From contig CAVPHH010000009.1 of the NCBI GenBank assembly GCA_963704195.1, forward strand, positions 296,821 through 360,820: a stretch of 64,000 nucleotides of DNA. Direction: 5' to 3'. Made by a program: the position numbers and the translations under genes. The DNA is from an uncultured beta proteobacterium. Lineage in GTDB: Bacteria; Pseudomonadota; Gammaproteobacteria; Burkholderiales; Rhodocyclaceae. Positions 33,143 through 44,688 of this stretch are shown here, one piece after another; position 1 is the first letter of the stretch; each line of letters opens with the position of its first letter. The notes below the pieces were generated by a model. The model was given only the letters and a program-made list of their open reading frames with translations. It was not told the origin of the DNA and did no database searches.

Positions 33143-33188
33143 CCTCTCACCGGCGCAAGGTCGCCGTGTTGCGGGGGCTGACTTTCCT

Positions 33189-33247
33189 GTAGGAGCGGCG
33201 TCCACGCCGCGATCAAGGCCGATTCGCGGCGTGGACGCCGCTCCCAC
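33189..33247. repeat. REP doublet, family B (GTAGGAGCG.../...CGCTCCCAC)
   Basis: GTAGGAGCGGCGTCCACGCCGCGA ... TCGCGGCGTGGACGCCGCTCCCAC. Confidence 0.85.
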
Positions 33248-33269
33248 AGCACCCGATCCAGGCAGCGCG

Positions 33270-34481
33270 TCAATACGTCTCGACGTGATACCGGCTCTTT
33301 TCCCGTAGCTGCGGCAGCAGCTTGTCCCAGTCGCCGCCGTGCTGGCGGCAGACGTCGCGGAAGGCCTCGTCAACGCCCTTCTCCATGCCCTTCAGGCCGC
33401 ACAGGTAGATGTAGCAGTTCTCGTCCTGCAATTGTCGCCAGACGTCGTCATGGCGGACACGGATGAGGTCCTGTACGTACTGCTTGGGCTGGCCGGGCAC
33501 GCGCGAGAAGGCGAAGTTGATGTCGATGAATTCCTTTGGCAGCTTCATGAGCGGGCCGAAGTAGGGCAGTTCGCTCTGCGCGCGGGCGCCGAAGAACAGC
33601 ATCAGTTCGCCGCCTTCCTTCTTGTCGATGCGCCGGCGCCGCCGTTCGGTCATGGCGCGCATCGGCGCGGAGCCGGTGCCGGTGCAGATCATCATGAGCG
33701 AGCTGCCGGCATGGTTGGGCATGAGGAAGGTGGCGCCGAAGGGGCCGATCACCTGCACCTTGTCGCCCTTCTTCAGGTCGCACAGGTAGTTGGAGCCGAT
33801 GCCCTTGACCGGCTTGCCCTCGTGGTCGGCGGTGACGCGCTTCACCGTGATGGCGCAGTTGTGGTAGCCGGGCCGCTCGCCTTCGCGCGGGCTGGCCACC
33901 GAGTAGAGGCGCACGTGGTGCGGCCGGCCGGCGTCGTCGCTGCCGGGCGGCAGGATGCCGATGTTCTGGCCTTCCAGCAGGGGGAAATGCACGCCGCCGA
34001 AGTCGAGCACGATGTGGCGGATGTCGGCGCTGGCATCCTCGCCGGTGAGGCGGAAATTGCCTGCCACGGTGGCGCTGATCGGGTTTTTCTCGTTGTAGAG
34101 GTTGACGACGGGCTTCTCCGCCGACCATGGCGCGGCGACCGGGCCGCCCTGGCCGGAGGTGGCCTCCGAGGTGAGGCGCGCCACGTCCTCCGGCTCGGCT
34201 GCGGTGGTTGACGTCGGCGGCGCGTCAGGCGCTGGCAGTTCGTCCCAGGAATACTGTTCTTCAAGGGAATACGGCTTGTCCGGTGCAATCGGAAACCAGT
34301 TGTCGATGGCGCCGGTGGGGCAGGGCGGCACGCAGGCGCGGCAGTCTTCGCAGATCTCGGCCTTCACGACGTAGTTGCGCGAATCGTGCGTGATGGCATT
34401 GACCGGGCAGGTCTCTTCGCAGGTATTGCAGCGTATGCAGATGCCCGGATCGATGAGATGCTGTTTGACGATGTCTGTCAT
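33270..34481 (-). CDS. boxA: Benzoyl-CoA 2,3-epoxidase reductase subunit
   Basis: Two 4Fe-4S motifs plus FNR domain ([21 protein letters not shown]); next to boxB. Confidence 0.92.
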   Translation of the reverse strand: MTDIVKQHLIDPGICIRCNTCEETCPVNAITHDSRNYVVKAEICEDCRACVPPCPTGAIDNWFPIAPDKPYSLEEQYSWDELPAPDAPPTSTTAAEPEDVARLTSEATSGQGGPVAAPWSAEKPVVNLYNEKNPISATVAGNFRLTGEDASADIRHIVLDFGGVHFPLLEGQNIGILPPGSDDAGRPHHVRLYSVASPREGERPGYHNCAITVKRVTADHEGKPVKGIGSNYLCDLKKGDKVQVIGPFGATFLMPNHAGSSLMMICTGTGSAPMRAMTERRRRRIDKKEGGELMLFFGARAQSELPYFGPLMKLPKEFIDINFAFSRVPGQPKQYVQDLIRVRHDDVWRQLQDENCYIYLCGLKGMEKGVDEAFRDVCRQHGGDWDKLLPQLREKSRYHVETY

Positions 34482-34517
34482 GACTCCCGTTCCTGACCGT
34501 ACCTAAGGTTCGACGAC

Positions 34518-34590
34518 GTCATTCCCGCGAAAGCGGGAATCCATGGTGGTGTTCAGCGCTTGCATGGGTCCCCGCTTTCGCGAGGACGAC
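34518..34590. repeat. GTCATTCCCGCGAAAGCGGGAATCC-type palindromic doublet, family C
   Basis: GTCATTCCCGCGAAAGCGGGAATCCA ... TGGGTCCCCGCTTTCGCGAGGACGAC. Confidence 0.85.
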
Positions 34591-34620
34591 GAGGCTTTGC
34601 CATGCATGCGCACGATTCCC

Positions 34621-36045
<1,425 letters not shown>

Positions 36046-36075
36046 GGTGTCTTATCTCCTGTGCGTTTCTGTTCT

Positions 36076-36139
36076 GTAGGTCGGCCTTCAGGCCGACGTG
36101 GGGGATCAATGGCCGTTGTCGGGCTGAAGCCCGACCTAC
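36076..36139. repeat. REP doublet, family A; supplies the boxC stop codon
   Basis: GTAGGTCGGCCTTCAGGCCGAC ... GTCGGGCTGAAGCCCGACCTAC. Confidence 0.85.
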
Positions 36140-37785
36140 ACCCGTTCCCAATTGAATTTCGCTTTTGCGCCGGTGCCGTAGACCTTCAAGGCACCGGTCT
36201 CACCGACGGCGTTCGGCCGGTTGAAGATCCAGTTCTGCCACGCGGTGAGGCGGCCGAAGATGCGTGTGTCCATGGTCTCGCCACCGGCGAAGCGCAGGCT
36301 GGCCTCCATGCCGGTCAGCGCGTCCGGCGAGAGGGCCGTGCGCTCCTCGAAGGCGATGCGCAATTCCTCGTCCCAGTCCAGTTCATCCGGCGCGAAGGTG
36401 ACCAGGCCGAGTTCAATTGCCTTGTCGGCATCCAGCTTCTGGCCGAGTGTGGTGCGGGCGGCGGCCACGGGTGCGGCCTCGTCGGCGAAACGCGTGGCGA
36501 GGCGGGAGAGGCCATTGTTCATCGGGAAGAGGCCGAAGTTGGCCTCGGACAGGGCGATATTCGGGGAGCGTGCGATGTCATCCTCGATCTTCAGCATGAA
36601 GCTGCGATCGGCAGCCAGCGCCAGTTCGAAGAACAGGCCGCCGAAGCAGGAGCCCTCGTCGAGCACGGCGAACATCGAGCGCGAGGAGACGTCGAGGCGG
36701 CGCAGGCAGCGGCGCAGCATGCCGATCGTCTCGCGCACGAACCAGTTGTCCTTGAACTTCGCCATCGTCGCGTCGGCTTCCAGCACGGCCGCAAGATCGC
36801 CGCGCGTCTTGATCTGCCACAGGCCGATGTCGAGGTCGTTGGTGCGCAGCATGAGGATGGCGTCGTCCAGTTCACGCGCCATCGCCAGCGGCCACCAGCG
36901 CGCCCCCTGGGTGAGGATTTCCTCCAGTTCGTCGGGTTGGCGGCCCATTGGCGCCGTCACGGTGAGCGTGGCGACGCGCGCGTCGCGGTCGAGTTCGACG
37001 TCAACGTGTGTGTAGTGGTAGCCCTTTTCATCATCCTTGCGCTGGATCGGGGTGAGGCTGATGCCCTTGCCGCCGGGGCGATCCGACTGCTTCGCCAGTT
37101 CGGCGGCGCGGACCTTCACCAGTTCCTCGAACTGCTGCGGCTTGGCGATGTGGTCAACCAGTTTCCATTCCAGCGCACGCTCGGCGCGCACGCCCTCGGA
37201 GGTGGTGCAGAACACGTCGGCCAGGTCGCGCCGCATCCTGCGCTTGTCCACCAGTCGGGTGAGGCCGCCGGTGCCGGGCAGCACGCCCAGCAGCGGCACC
37301 TCGGGCAGGCTGACGGCGGTGGAGCGGTCGTCGATCATGGCGATCTCGTCGCAGGCCAGCGCCATCTCGTAGCCGCCGCCGGCAGTGGCGCCGTTCAGCG
37401 CGGCGAGGAACTTGAGCCCGGAGTGCTCGCTCGAATCTTCAAGACCGTTGCGCGTCTCGTTGGTGAACTTGCAGAAATTCACCTTCCAGGCGTGGGTGGA
37501 CAGGCCCAGCATGTAGATGTTGGCGCCGGAGCAGAACATGCGCGCCTTGCCGCTGGTGATGACCACGCACTTCACTTCGGGGTGCTCGAAGCGGATGCGC
37601 TGCACGGCGTCGTGCAGTTCCATGTCGACGCCGAGGTCGTAGGAGTTCAGCTTGAGCTTGTAGCCGGGCAGGATGCCGCGGTCTTCCTGGATGTCCAGGG
37701 TGAGCGTGGCCACATGTGGATTCTGGCCGTCAAAGGCCAGTCGCCAATGTGCGTAACGGGAAGGATCGGTTTCGTACGTAATCAT
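36136..37785 (-). CDS. boxC: 2,3-epoxybenzoyl-CoA dihydrolase
   Basis: KLNSYDLGVD, AGGGYE and LPEVPLLGVLPGTGG crotonase motifs. Confidence 0.93.
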   Translation of the reverse strand: MITYETDPSRYAHWRLAFDGQNPHVATLTLDIQEDRGILPGYKLKLNSYDLGVDMELHDAVQRIRFEHPEVKCVVITSGKARMFCSGANIYMLGLSTHAWKVNFCKFTNETRNGLEDSSEHSGLKFLAALNGATAGGGYEMALACDEIAMIDDRSTAVSLPEVPLLGVLPGTGGLTRLVDKRRMRRDLADVFCTTSEGVRAERALEWKLVDHIAKPQQFEELVKVRAAELAKQSDRPGGKGISLTPIQRKDDEKGYHYTHVDVELDRDARVATLTVTAPMGRQPDELEEILTQGARWWPLAMARELDDAILMLRTNDLDIGLWQIKTRGDLAAVLEADATMAKFKDNWFVRETIGMLRRCLRRLDVSSRSMFAVLDEGSCFGGLFFELALAADRSFMLKIEDDIARSPNIALSEANFGLFPMNNGLSRLATRFADEAAPVAAARTTLGQKLDADKAIELGLVTFAPDELDWDEELRIAFEERTALSPDALTGMEASLRFAGGETMDTRIFGRLTAWQNWIFNRPNAVGETGALKVYGTGAKAKFNWERV

Positions 37786-37824
37786 CTAAATGCCTCCGCT
37801 GGTTGCCGCCTCGGCCAGCACTAG

Positions 37825-37839
37825 ATGAATTAAAGTGCA
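37825..37839. promoter_or_regulatory. Putative BoxR/BzdR-type operator upstream of boxC
   Basis: ATGAATTAAAGTGCA resembles the TGCA-N-TGCA boxes at 38800-38950. Confidence 0.45.
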
Positions 37840-37849
37840 GACAGAAGCT

Positions 37850-38743
37850 TTAAGTCGAAATATTGTACATATTCTGCAACTCTTCTTGACTTGCGTCAAC
37901 AGTTTTATTTGAAGTGTCAATGACGGCGTCGGCCAGACCGTACAGGTCATTGCGTTCTGCCAGGATACGACGCAGGTCGGCCATGGCCTCCTCGCGCCCG
38001 GTAATGGGACGCATGTCGCCCTGGGCGATGACGCGCTGCATGTGCTCTTCGGCGCTGGCTTTGATCCAAACCGTGTAACAGGCCGAGCGCAGCAGTTCGT
38101 AGGTGGGCGCCTCCGTGACGAGTCCGCCGCCGGCGGCGATCACGACCTGCTCGTGATGCTCGATGATGCGTTCCAGGCAGCGTTTTTCGAAGCGGCGGTA
38201 GGCATGCTGGCCGTAGAGCGAGAAGATTTCCGACGAGGGAATGCCGGATTCGCGCTCGATTTCATCATCGAGTTCGACGAAAGGGACAGCGAGGTTGCCG
38301 GCCAGGCGCCGTCCGAGGGTGGATTTTCCGGCGCCGCGCAGTCCGATGAGGGCGATGCGGTTGCGGCGGGATTGCGGATCCGGTTCGCCGAAGGCGCTGG
38401 AGAGGATGGCCTTCGCCTGCAGCAGCTTTTTCGGCGAGAGCTTCTCAAGGTACTGAATCAGAAGGGTCAGCTCTATGGGATGGCCGTCCCGCTCGCTGAG
38501 CAGTTCCGTCAGGGGGCAGTCCAGCGCGGCCGCTACCTGGCGCAACAGGAGGATGGAAATGTTGCCTTGTCCGCTTTCAAGTTGGGCAAGATAGCGCTCC
38601 GAGACACTGGATTTGCCGGCCAGCGCTTTGCGTGACAGGCCAAGACGGGTACGGGCATCGCGAACGCGTGCACCGAGTTGCTGCAAGTAGTTATGTTCTT
38701 CCTGCAAGGAATCGGCTGCTATCTGCGAGGATTCGACCATCAT
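37850..38743 (-). CDS. boxR: XRE-HTH/shikimate-kinase-like regulator (BoxR/BzdR family)
   Basis: SERYLAQLESGQGNIS HTH plus GLRGAGKST P-loop. Confidence 0.9.
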   Translation of the reverse strand: MMVESSQIAADSLQEEHNYLQQLGARVRDARTRLGLSRKALAGKSSVSERYLAQLESGQGNISILLLRQVAAALDCPLTELLSERDGHPIELTLLIQYLEKLSPKKLLQAKAILSSAFGEPDPQSRRNRIALIGLRGAGKSTLGRRLAGNLAVPFVELDDEIERESGIPSSEIFSLYGQHAYRRFEKRCLERIIEHHEQVVIAAGGGLVTEAPTYELLRSACYTVWIKASAEEHMQRVIAQGDMRPITGREEAMADLRRILAERNDLYGLADAVIDTSNKTVDASQEELQNMYNIST

Positions 38744-38799
38744 TGCGTTTCCCCCTTGGTTCAGGTGCATCGCATGCGCTGGCATATTAGCACCATATG

Positions 38800-38950
38800 A
38801 TGCACTATAGCACTTGCCATATTGTTCTTATGCATTATACTGGCCAAAACATGGCAATCTGCCATCCAGCCATTTCTATTTCTAGTGTTTCCGCAGGCCA
38901 CAAAGCTGGCAAGAGCGGATAATGGCAATGACCTCAGGAACTATACTGCA
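38800..38950. promoter_or_regulatory. Divergent promoter region with repeated TGCAYTATA boxes
   Basis: ATGCACTATAG (38800), ATGCATTATACT (38830) and GGAACTATACTGCA (38937) in AT-rich DNA. Confidence 0.5.
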
Positions 38951-38975
38951 AACTGATGATATAGGTTAGCCAGAA

Positions 38976-39449
38976 ATGGGAAATAACACAGTCGAAGAGT
39001 TTACCTCCTTGATCGCCGGCGTTACCGGACGCATTGCCGGCCTGTCCCTGGATGGCCAGCTGGATACCAGGCTTAACAAGGAATTCCCGCCGGACGGGGT
39101 CGAATTCAATCGCATTTTCGATGCGTGCAAGGCTGCCATTGCAGCCGGCTGGATGTGCAACCGGGAGGCGGGCGGCATCAAGTTCGGCCGTGTCATCAAG
39201 CCGAGCGATGCGATCCACGGCTTCAGCGTCAACGTCGTCGAGATGGACGATTGCAAGGGTCCGCACCACCGCCATCCGAAGGGTGAAATCGACATGATCA
39301 TGCCGCTCGACGCCGGGGCGAAGTTCGACGGCCGCGGCAAGGGATGGCTGGTCTATCCCGCCGGGCATGCCCACTTTCCGACCGTGACCGGCGGCAAGGC
39401 CATCGTCCTCTACCTCCTGCCTGACGGCGCGATAGAATTCACCAAGTAG
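38976..39449 (+). CDS. DUF4863 / PnbB-like cupin protein of box clusters
   Basis: GWMC, HGFSVNVV, HHRHPKGEID and LYLLPDGAIEF. Confidence 0.75.
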   Translation: MGNNTVEEFTSLIAGVTGRIAGLSLDGQLDTRLNKEFPPDGVEFNRIFDACKAAIAAGWMCNREAGGIKFGRVIKPSDAIHGFSVNVVEMDDCKGPHHRHPKGEIDMIMPLDAGAKFDGRGKGWLVYPAGHAHFPTVTGGKAIVLYLLPDGAIEFTK

Positions 39450-39496
39450 GTCGGGCTTCAGCCCGACGACGGCTCTCGGCCTGAAGGCCGACCTAC
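39446..39496. repeat. REP doublet, family A; supplies the stop codon of the DUF4863 gene
   Basis: GTAGGTCGGGCTTCAGCCCGAC ... TCGGCCTGAAGGCCGACCTAC. Confidence 0.85.
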
Positions 39497-39515
39497 AAAA
39501 AAGGAGGAGCAGAAA

Positions 39516-41093
39516 ATGCCGCAGCTATCCATGGCCGACCATAGCGTTACGCCGCCACGCGTCACGGTGCCGCGCGACTACAACGCCGCCTACGACTTGA
39601 TTCAGCGCAACCTGCAGGCGGGTCGCGGGGCCAAGGCCGCCTTCATCGACGATGCGGGCAGCTATAGTTATGGCGAACTGGCCGAGCGGGCAAACCGCTT
39701 CGGCAACGTGCTTGCCGGCCTCGGGCTCGAGCAGGAGTCGCGCGTCATGCTGTGCCTGCTCGACACCATCGACTTCCCGACAGCCTTCCTCGGCAGCATC
39801 CAGGCCGGCGTGGTGCCGATTGCCGCCAACACGCTGCTCACCGCCGGCGACTACGATTTCATGCTCGCCGATTCGCGCGCCAGCGCGCTGATCGTTTCCG
39901 AGGCGCTGTGGCCGCAATTCGAGGCGATCGTCGGCAAGCACAAGCACCTCAAGCACGTCATCGTTTCCGGCAACGACGCCAAGGGCAAGCTGCGCCTGTC
40001 CGACCTGATGGCGAAGGCGTCCGCGCAATTCGAGCCGGTGTCGACGACGGCCGACGACATGTGCTTCTGGCTGTACTCCTCCGGCTCCACCGGTGCGCCG
40101 AAGGGCACGGTGCACCTGCATTCGCACCTGATCCAGACGGCAGAACTGTATGCGCGCGGCGTGCTCGGCATCCGCGAGGACGACCTGGTGTTTTCCGCCG
40201 CCAAGCTGTTCTTTGCCTACGGCCTTGGCAACGGCCTGACCTTCCCCATGTCGGTCGGCGCCACGGCGGTGCTGATGGCCGAGCGGCCGACGCCGCAGTC
40301 GGTGTTCAAGCGCCTGCGCGAGCACAAGCCCACCATCTTCTACGGCGTGCCGACGCTGTATGCCGCGCTGCTCGCCAGCCCGGATCTGCCCAAGCGCGAG
40401 GATCTGCGCATGCGCGTGGCGACTTCGGCCGGCGAGGCGCTGCCGGCGGACATCGGCAAGCGCTGGACGGAGCATTTCGGCATCGAGATCCTCGACGGCA
40501 TCGGCTCCACCGAGATGCTGCACATCTTCCTCTCCAACCGCCCCGGCGAGGTGCGCTACGGCACCACCGGCAAGGCGGTGCCCGGCTACGCCATCCGCCT
40601 CATCGGCGAGGACGGCCAGCCGGTGAAGCAGGGCGAGATCGGCGAGCTGCAGATCAACGGGCCGACGTCCGCCATCCTGTACTGGAACAATCGCGAGAAG
40701 TCGCGCCACACCTTCATGGGCGAGTGGACCCGCAGCGGCGACAAATACATCGAGACCGAAGACGGCTACTTCCAGTACTGCGGCCGTTCGGACGACATGC
40801 TCAAGGTTTCCGGCATCTACGTCTCGCCCTTCGAGGTCGAGGGCGCGCTGATGACGCACGAAGCCGTGCTGGAGGCCGCCGTGGTGGCGCATGCCGACAC
40901 CGACGAGTTGATCAAGCCCAAGGCCTATGTGGTGCTGAAATCCGGCTTCGAAGCTTCCGATGCGCTGGCGGACAAGCTCAAGCAGCACGTCAAGGACAAG
41001 CTGGCACCTTACAAGTATCCGCGCTGGCTGGATTTCGTCGGCGAACTGCCGAAGACGGCGACCGGCAAGATCCAGCGCTTCAAGCTGCGCTAG
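39516..41093 (+). CDS. bclA: Benzoate-CoA ligase
   Basis: YSSGSTGAPKG, KLFFAYGLGN, DGIGSTEMLHIF and PKTATGKIQR. Confidence 0.88.
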   Translation: MPQLSMADHSVTPPRVTVPRDYNAAYDLIQRNLQAGRGAKAAFIDDAGSYSYGELAERANRFGNVLAGLGLEQESRVMLCLLDTIDFPTAFLGSIQAGVVPIAANTLLTAGDYDFMLADSRASALIVSEALWPQFEAIVGKHKHLKHVIVSGNDAKGKLRLSDLMAKASAQFEPVSTTADDMCFWLYSSGSTGAPKGTVHLHSHLIQTAELYARGVLGIREDDLVFSAAKLFFAYGLGNGLTFPMSVGATAVLMAERPTPQSVFKRLREHKPTIFYGVPTLYAALLASPDLPKREDLRMRVATSAGEALPADIGKRWTEHFGIEILDGIGSTEMLHIFLSNRPGEVRYGTTGKAVPGYAIRLIGEDGQPVKQGEIGELQINGPTSAILYWNNREKSRHTFMGEWTRSGDKYIETEDGYFQYCGRSDDMLKVSGIYVSPFEVEGALMTHEAVLEAAVVAHADTDELIKPKAYVVLKSGFEASDALADKLKQHVKDKLAPYKYPRWLDFVGELPKTATGKIQRFKLR

Positions 41094-41122
41094 TGACTTC
41101 TTCGATTGCGATTCTGCAACAC

Positions 41123-41179
41123 GTAGGTCGGCCTTCAGGCCGACAAATGGCTGGCGTGTCGGGCTGAAGCCCGACCTAC
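41123..41179. repeat. REP doublet, family A
   Basis: GTAGGTCGGCCTTCAGGCCGAC ... GTCGGGCTGAAGCCCGACCTAC. Confidence 0.85.
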
Positions 41180-41207
41180 GCTACAACCTGGACATGCGGG
41201 GAGGATC

Positions 41208-41903
41208 ATGCGCGTCCTGATCATCGAAGACGATCTCGACATCGCGACCAACCTCTACGAATTCCTCGAGAGCAAGGGTAACGTCGCCGACCTGGCGCGC
41301 GACGGCGTCAGCGGCATGCACCTGGCGGTATCCAGCGAGTTCGACGCGATCGTCCTCGACCTCGGGCTGCCGGGCATGGACGGCCTGTGCCTGTGCCGCA
41401 AGCTGCGCCAGGAGGCCAAGCGCGACGTGCCGATCCTGATCCTCACGGCGCGCGATGTCCTCGAGGACAAGCTGGCCGCGTTCGAGTGCGGCGCAGACGA
41501 CTACCTCGTCAAGCCTTTTGCCTTGCGCGAAGTCGAAGCGCGGCTGAACGCACTCGTTGCCCGCCGCCACGGGCGCGTCATCGAGCGCAAGCTGTGCTTC
41601 GACACCATCGCCTACGATCCGGCCACGCTCGCCGTCACGGTGGAAGGGCGGCCGGTGCATCTCTCCCGCAAGTGCCTGCGGCTGCTCGAGGTGCTGATCT
41701 CGGCGCCGAACCGCGTCTATAGCCGTGACGAGCTCGAGCAGGAGCTGTGGGGCGACGAGCATCCCCAGAGCGATTCGCTGCGCAGCCACATGCATATGTT
41801 GCGGCGTGCCCTGACCGATTCGCGCGGCGGCTCGCCCATCGAGACCGTCCACGGCATTGGCTACCGCTTTGCCGTTGCCGATGCCGATGCCCGTCCGGCA
41901 TAG
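41208..41903 (+). CDS. OmpR-family response regulator (ColR-like)
   Basis: IIEDD, VLDLGLPGMDG, LTARD, GADDYLVKPF and TVHGIGYR. Confidence 0.88.
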   Translation: MRVLIIEDDLDIATNLYEFLESKGNVADLARDGVSGMHLAVSSEFDAIVLDLGLPGMDGLCLCRKLRQEAKRDVPILILTARDVLEDKLAAFECGADDYLVKPFALREVEARLNALVARRHGRVIERKLCFDTIAYDPATLAVTVEGRPVHLSRKCLRLLEVLISAPNRVYSRDELEQELWGDEHPQSDSLRSHMHMLRRALTDSRGGSPIETVHGIGYRFAVADADARPA

Positions 41904-43234
41904 CCTGCGCCTTAAATTCGCCGTCACCTTCGCGCTGGCGGGCGTGGTGCTGGTGCTGCTTCATGCTTTCGTGATCCATCAGCTGAGCCGCCATCAGGAA
42001 TCGCAACTGATCGACCAGATCGTTTCCGACGAGATGGAGATTCTGCTGCAGCAGTACGAACGGAGCTTTTCTCTCGACGGACCGCCTTACCGGAAACTGC
42101 AGCGCTACGAGGTCAGGCCGGATACCGAGGCGCTCGCGCTGCGCAAATGGTTTCGCGCGAGCTGGCTGATCCACACATATGTTGCCCGCGAACCGCTGGA
42201 GCAGCGAGTACTGCCTGCCGAATTGCGCGAGCTTCCGCCGGGATTTCATGACGTTTACAGTGGCGAGGAACGGGATCTGTATCGCGTCGAAGTGAGGGAG
42301 ATCGGCCATACGCGGTTCTATATTGCCTATTCCGTGACGCTTCACCAGGAAAGGGGTCGTCATTTCACACTGGTGCTGGCGCTGAGCGCTGCGCTGACCG
42401 TTCTCGCCACCGTGCTCATCGGTTTCTGGCTCTCCGGCAGGCTGACGCATCAGATCGAAGACCTGGCCAGGCGGGTACGGCAGCTCGATGAATCGGCAGA
42501 AGGACGAGGTGCTGGAACGGCACTATCCCGAACGTGAAGTGGCCGAATTGGCGGCGGCCTTCGACGGCTACCACGCGCGCACCGCCAGTCTGCTGGAGCG
42601 GGAGCGCGCGTTCACCGCCGATGTCAGCCATGAGTTGCGCACGCCGCTGACGGCACTGCAGACCAGTTGTGAACTGATGCTGGAAGACGCGGCCCTGCCG
42701 CCCCGGTCGCGCGCCAGGGTGGAGAAGATCGCAGCCGCCGCGATGCGGCTGGGCGAACTGGTGAACGCTTTCCTGCTCATGGCCCGTGAAGAAGCGGATG
42801 GCATCAGCAGCGAGGTGGATCTGCGGGAGTGCATAGAGGAGGCGGTGGAAAGTGTCCGTGAGCGCGCCGAGGCGAAGGGGCTGACTTTGCAGGTGGATAT
42901 GCCCGGGAGCCTGGCCGTGCGCGTGCCCAAGCGGGCGCTTCACGTCGTGCTGAGCAATCTACTGGCCAACGCGGTCAGCTACACCGAGGCCGGAACTGTT
43001 CAGGTGCGCACACGGGGCGCCAAAGTGGAGATCACCGATACCGGGCCGGGCGTCGCGCCGGACAGGATTCCCGAACTGTTCCGACGCTTCCATCGTGGCG
43101 ATGCACGCGGGGGAGACGGTTTCGGTCTGGGACTGGCCATCGTCAAGCGGATCTGCGAGCAGGCCGGCTGGCAGGTCGGCATCGAGCGTCGCGAGGAGGG
43201 CGGGACACGGGTATATCTTGCACTTGGCGGCTGA
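41881..43234 (+). CDS. Sensor histidine kinase (ColS-like); apparent +1 error near 42490
   Basis: Two TM segments in 41857..42537; DVSHELRTPL, NLLANA, DTGPG and GLGLAIV in 42488..43234. Confidence 0.8.
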
Positions 43235-43277
43235 TTTGACAAAGATTTGACAATCCCATGACCTCGATTTGACGCCG
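43234..43277 (+). promoter_or_regulatory. Four 11-bp-phased TGAC direct repeats (OmpR-family binding site candidate)
   Basis: ATTTGACAAAG ATTTGACAATC CCATGACCTCG ATTTGACGCCG. Confidence 0.6.
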
Positions 43278-43427
43278 GCCCACTAGACTGTACAAGTCCC
43301 TCATCAGCCTTGACGCAGGCAGGCGGACATGCTGTTATACAAAACCATGCGCTCAGCGGCGCATTCAAACAGACGAAGCGAAAAACAACGCTGAGATCCG
43401 CACAATCATCAATACAGGAGGAGTGAG

Positions 43428-44634
43428 ATGAGCCAAAACGAAAAACAGGGTTTTAACCGCCGCGGGTTGCTGAAAGGCACCGCGGCCATCGCCGTTGCCA
43501 CCGCCATCGGCACGCTGGCGCCTTTCAATCTGGCGCAAGCGGCCGACAAGATCAAGGTCGGTCTCATGCTGCCCTACACCGGCACCTTCACGGCGCTCGG
43601 CAATGCGATCACCAACGGCTTCAAGCTGGCGGTCGAGGAGCGCGGCGGCAAGCTGGGCGGACGCGAGATCGAATACTTCGTCGTCGACGACGAATCCAAT
43701 CCGGCCAAGGCGCCGGAAAACGCCAACAAGCTGGTGCAGCGCGACAAGGTCGATGTCGTCATCGGCACCGTGCACTCCGGCGTGGCCATGGGCATGGCCA
43801 AGGTGATCCGCGAATCCGGCACGCTGTGGATCAACCCGAATGCCGGCGCCGACGCCGTTACCGGTCCGCTGTGCGCGCCGAATATCTTCCGCACCTCCTT
43901 CTCCAACTGGCAGACCACCCACGCGCTCGGGCAAGGTGCTCAAGGCCAGGGGCCACAAGAATGCCGTCTTCATCACCTGGAAATACGCTGCCGGCGAGGA
44001 GATGATGGCTGGCTTCAAGGAAGGTTTCGAGAAGGAAGGCGGCAAGCTGACCAAGGAACTGTACGTGCCGTTCCCGCAGGTGGAGTTCCAGGCGCTGCTG
44101 ACCGAGATCGCCAGCATCAAGCCGGATGCCGTGGTGGCCTTCTTCGCCGGTGGCGGCGCGGCCAAGTTCCTCAAGGACTACCAGGCTGCCGGCCTCAAGG
44201 GCAAGATTCCGCTCTACGGCTCGGGCTTCCTCACCGACGGCGTGCTCGATGCCGTGGGCGATGCGGCCGAAGGCGTGGAGACCACGCTGCACTACGCCGA
44301 CGGGCTGAATACCAAGAAGGACAATGCCTTCCGCCTGGCTTACGCCAAGACCTACAAGCTGCAGCCCGACGTGTATGCCGTGCAGGGCTACGATGCCGGC
44401 CAGTTGCTGGCGGCCGGCCTCGATGCGGTGAAGGGCGATGTGTCGAAGAAGGCGGCCATGATCAAGGCCATGGAAACGGCCAAGATCGACAGTCCGCGCG
44501 GCCCCTTCACGCTGTCCAAGGCCCACAACCCGGTGCAGGACATGTATCTGCGCAAGGTGGTCGGCAAGGAGAGCAAGGTGCAGGGCGTGGCCTGGAAGGC
44601 GCTGGCTGATCCGGCACGCGGCTGCAAGATGTAA
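43428..44634 (+). CDS. ABC substrate-binding protein (LivJ-like, aromatic acid), Tat signal; apparent +1 error near 43930
   Basis: NRRGLLK, GTVHSGV and IFRTSF continue in ORF 43840..44634 (YAVQGYD, DSPRG). Confidence 0.82.
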
Positions 44635-44648
44635 CTGTCATTGACCGG

Positions 44649-44677
44649 AACGGCGGCAGGTTTCTGCCGCCGTTTTT
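44649..44677 (+). terminator. Intrinsic terminator or attenuating hairpin after the SBP gene
   Basis: AACGGCGGCAG-gttt-CTGCCGCCGTT-TTT. Confidence 0.7.
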
Positions 44678-44688
44678 GCGTCCGTCCG

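Noticed and set aside
39450-39515. Bridging mini-ORF across family A REPs (also 36046-36135)
   Set aside because: No start codon coupled to the upstream stop. These are counterexamples showing that the relay pattern does not hold for all repeat families.
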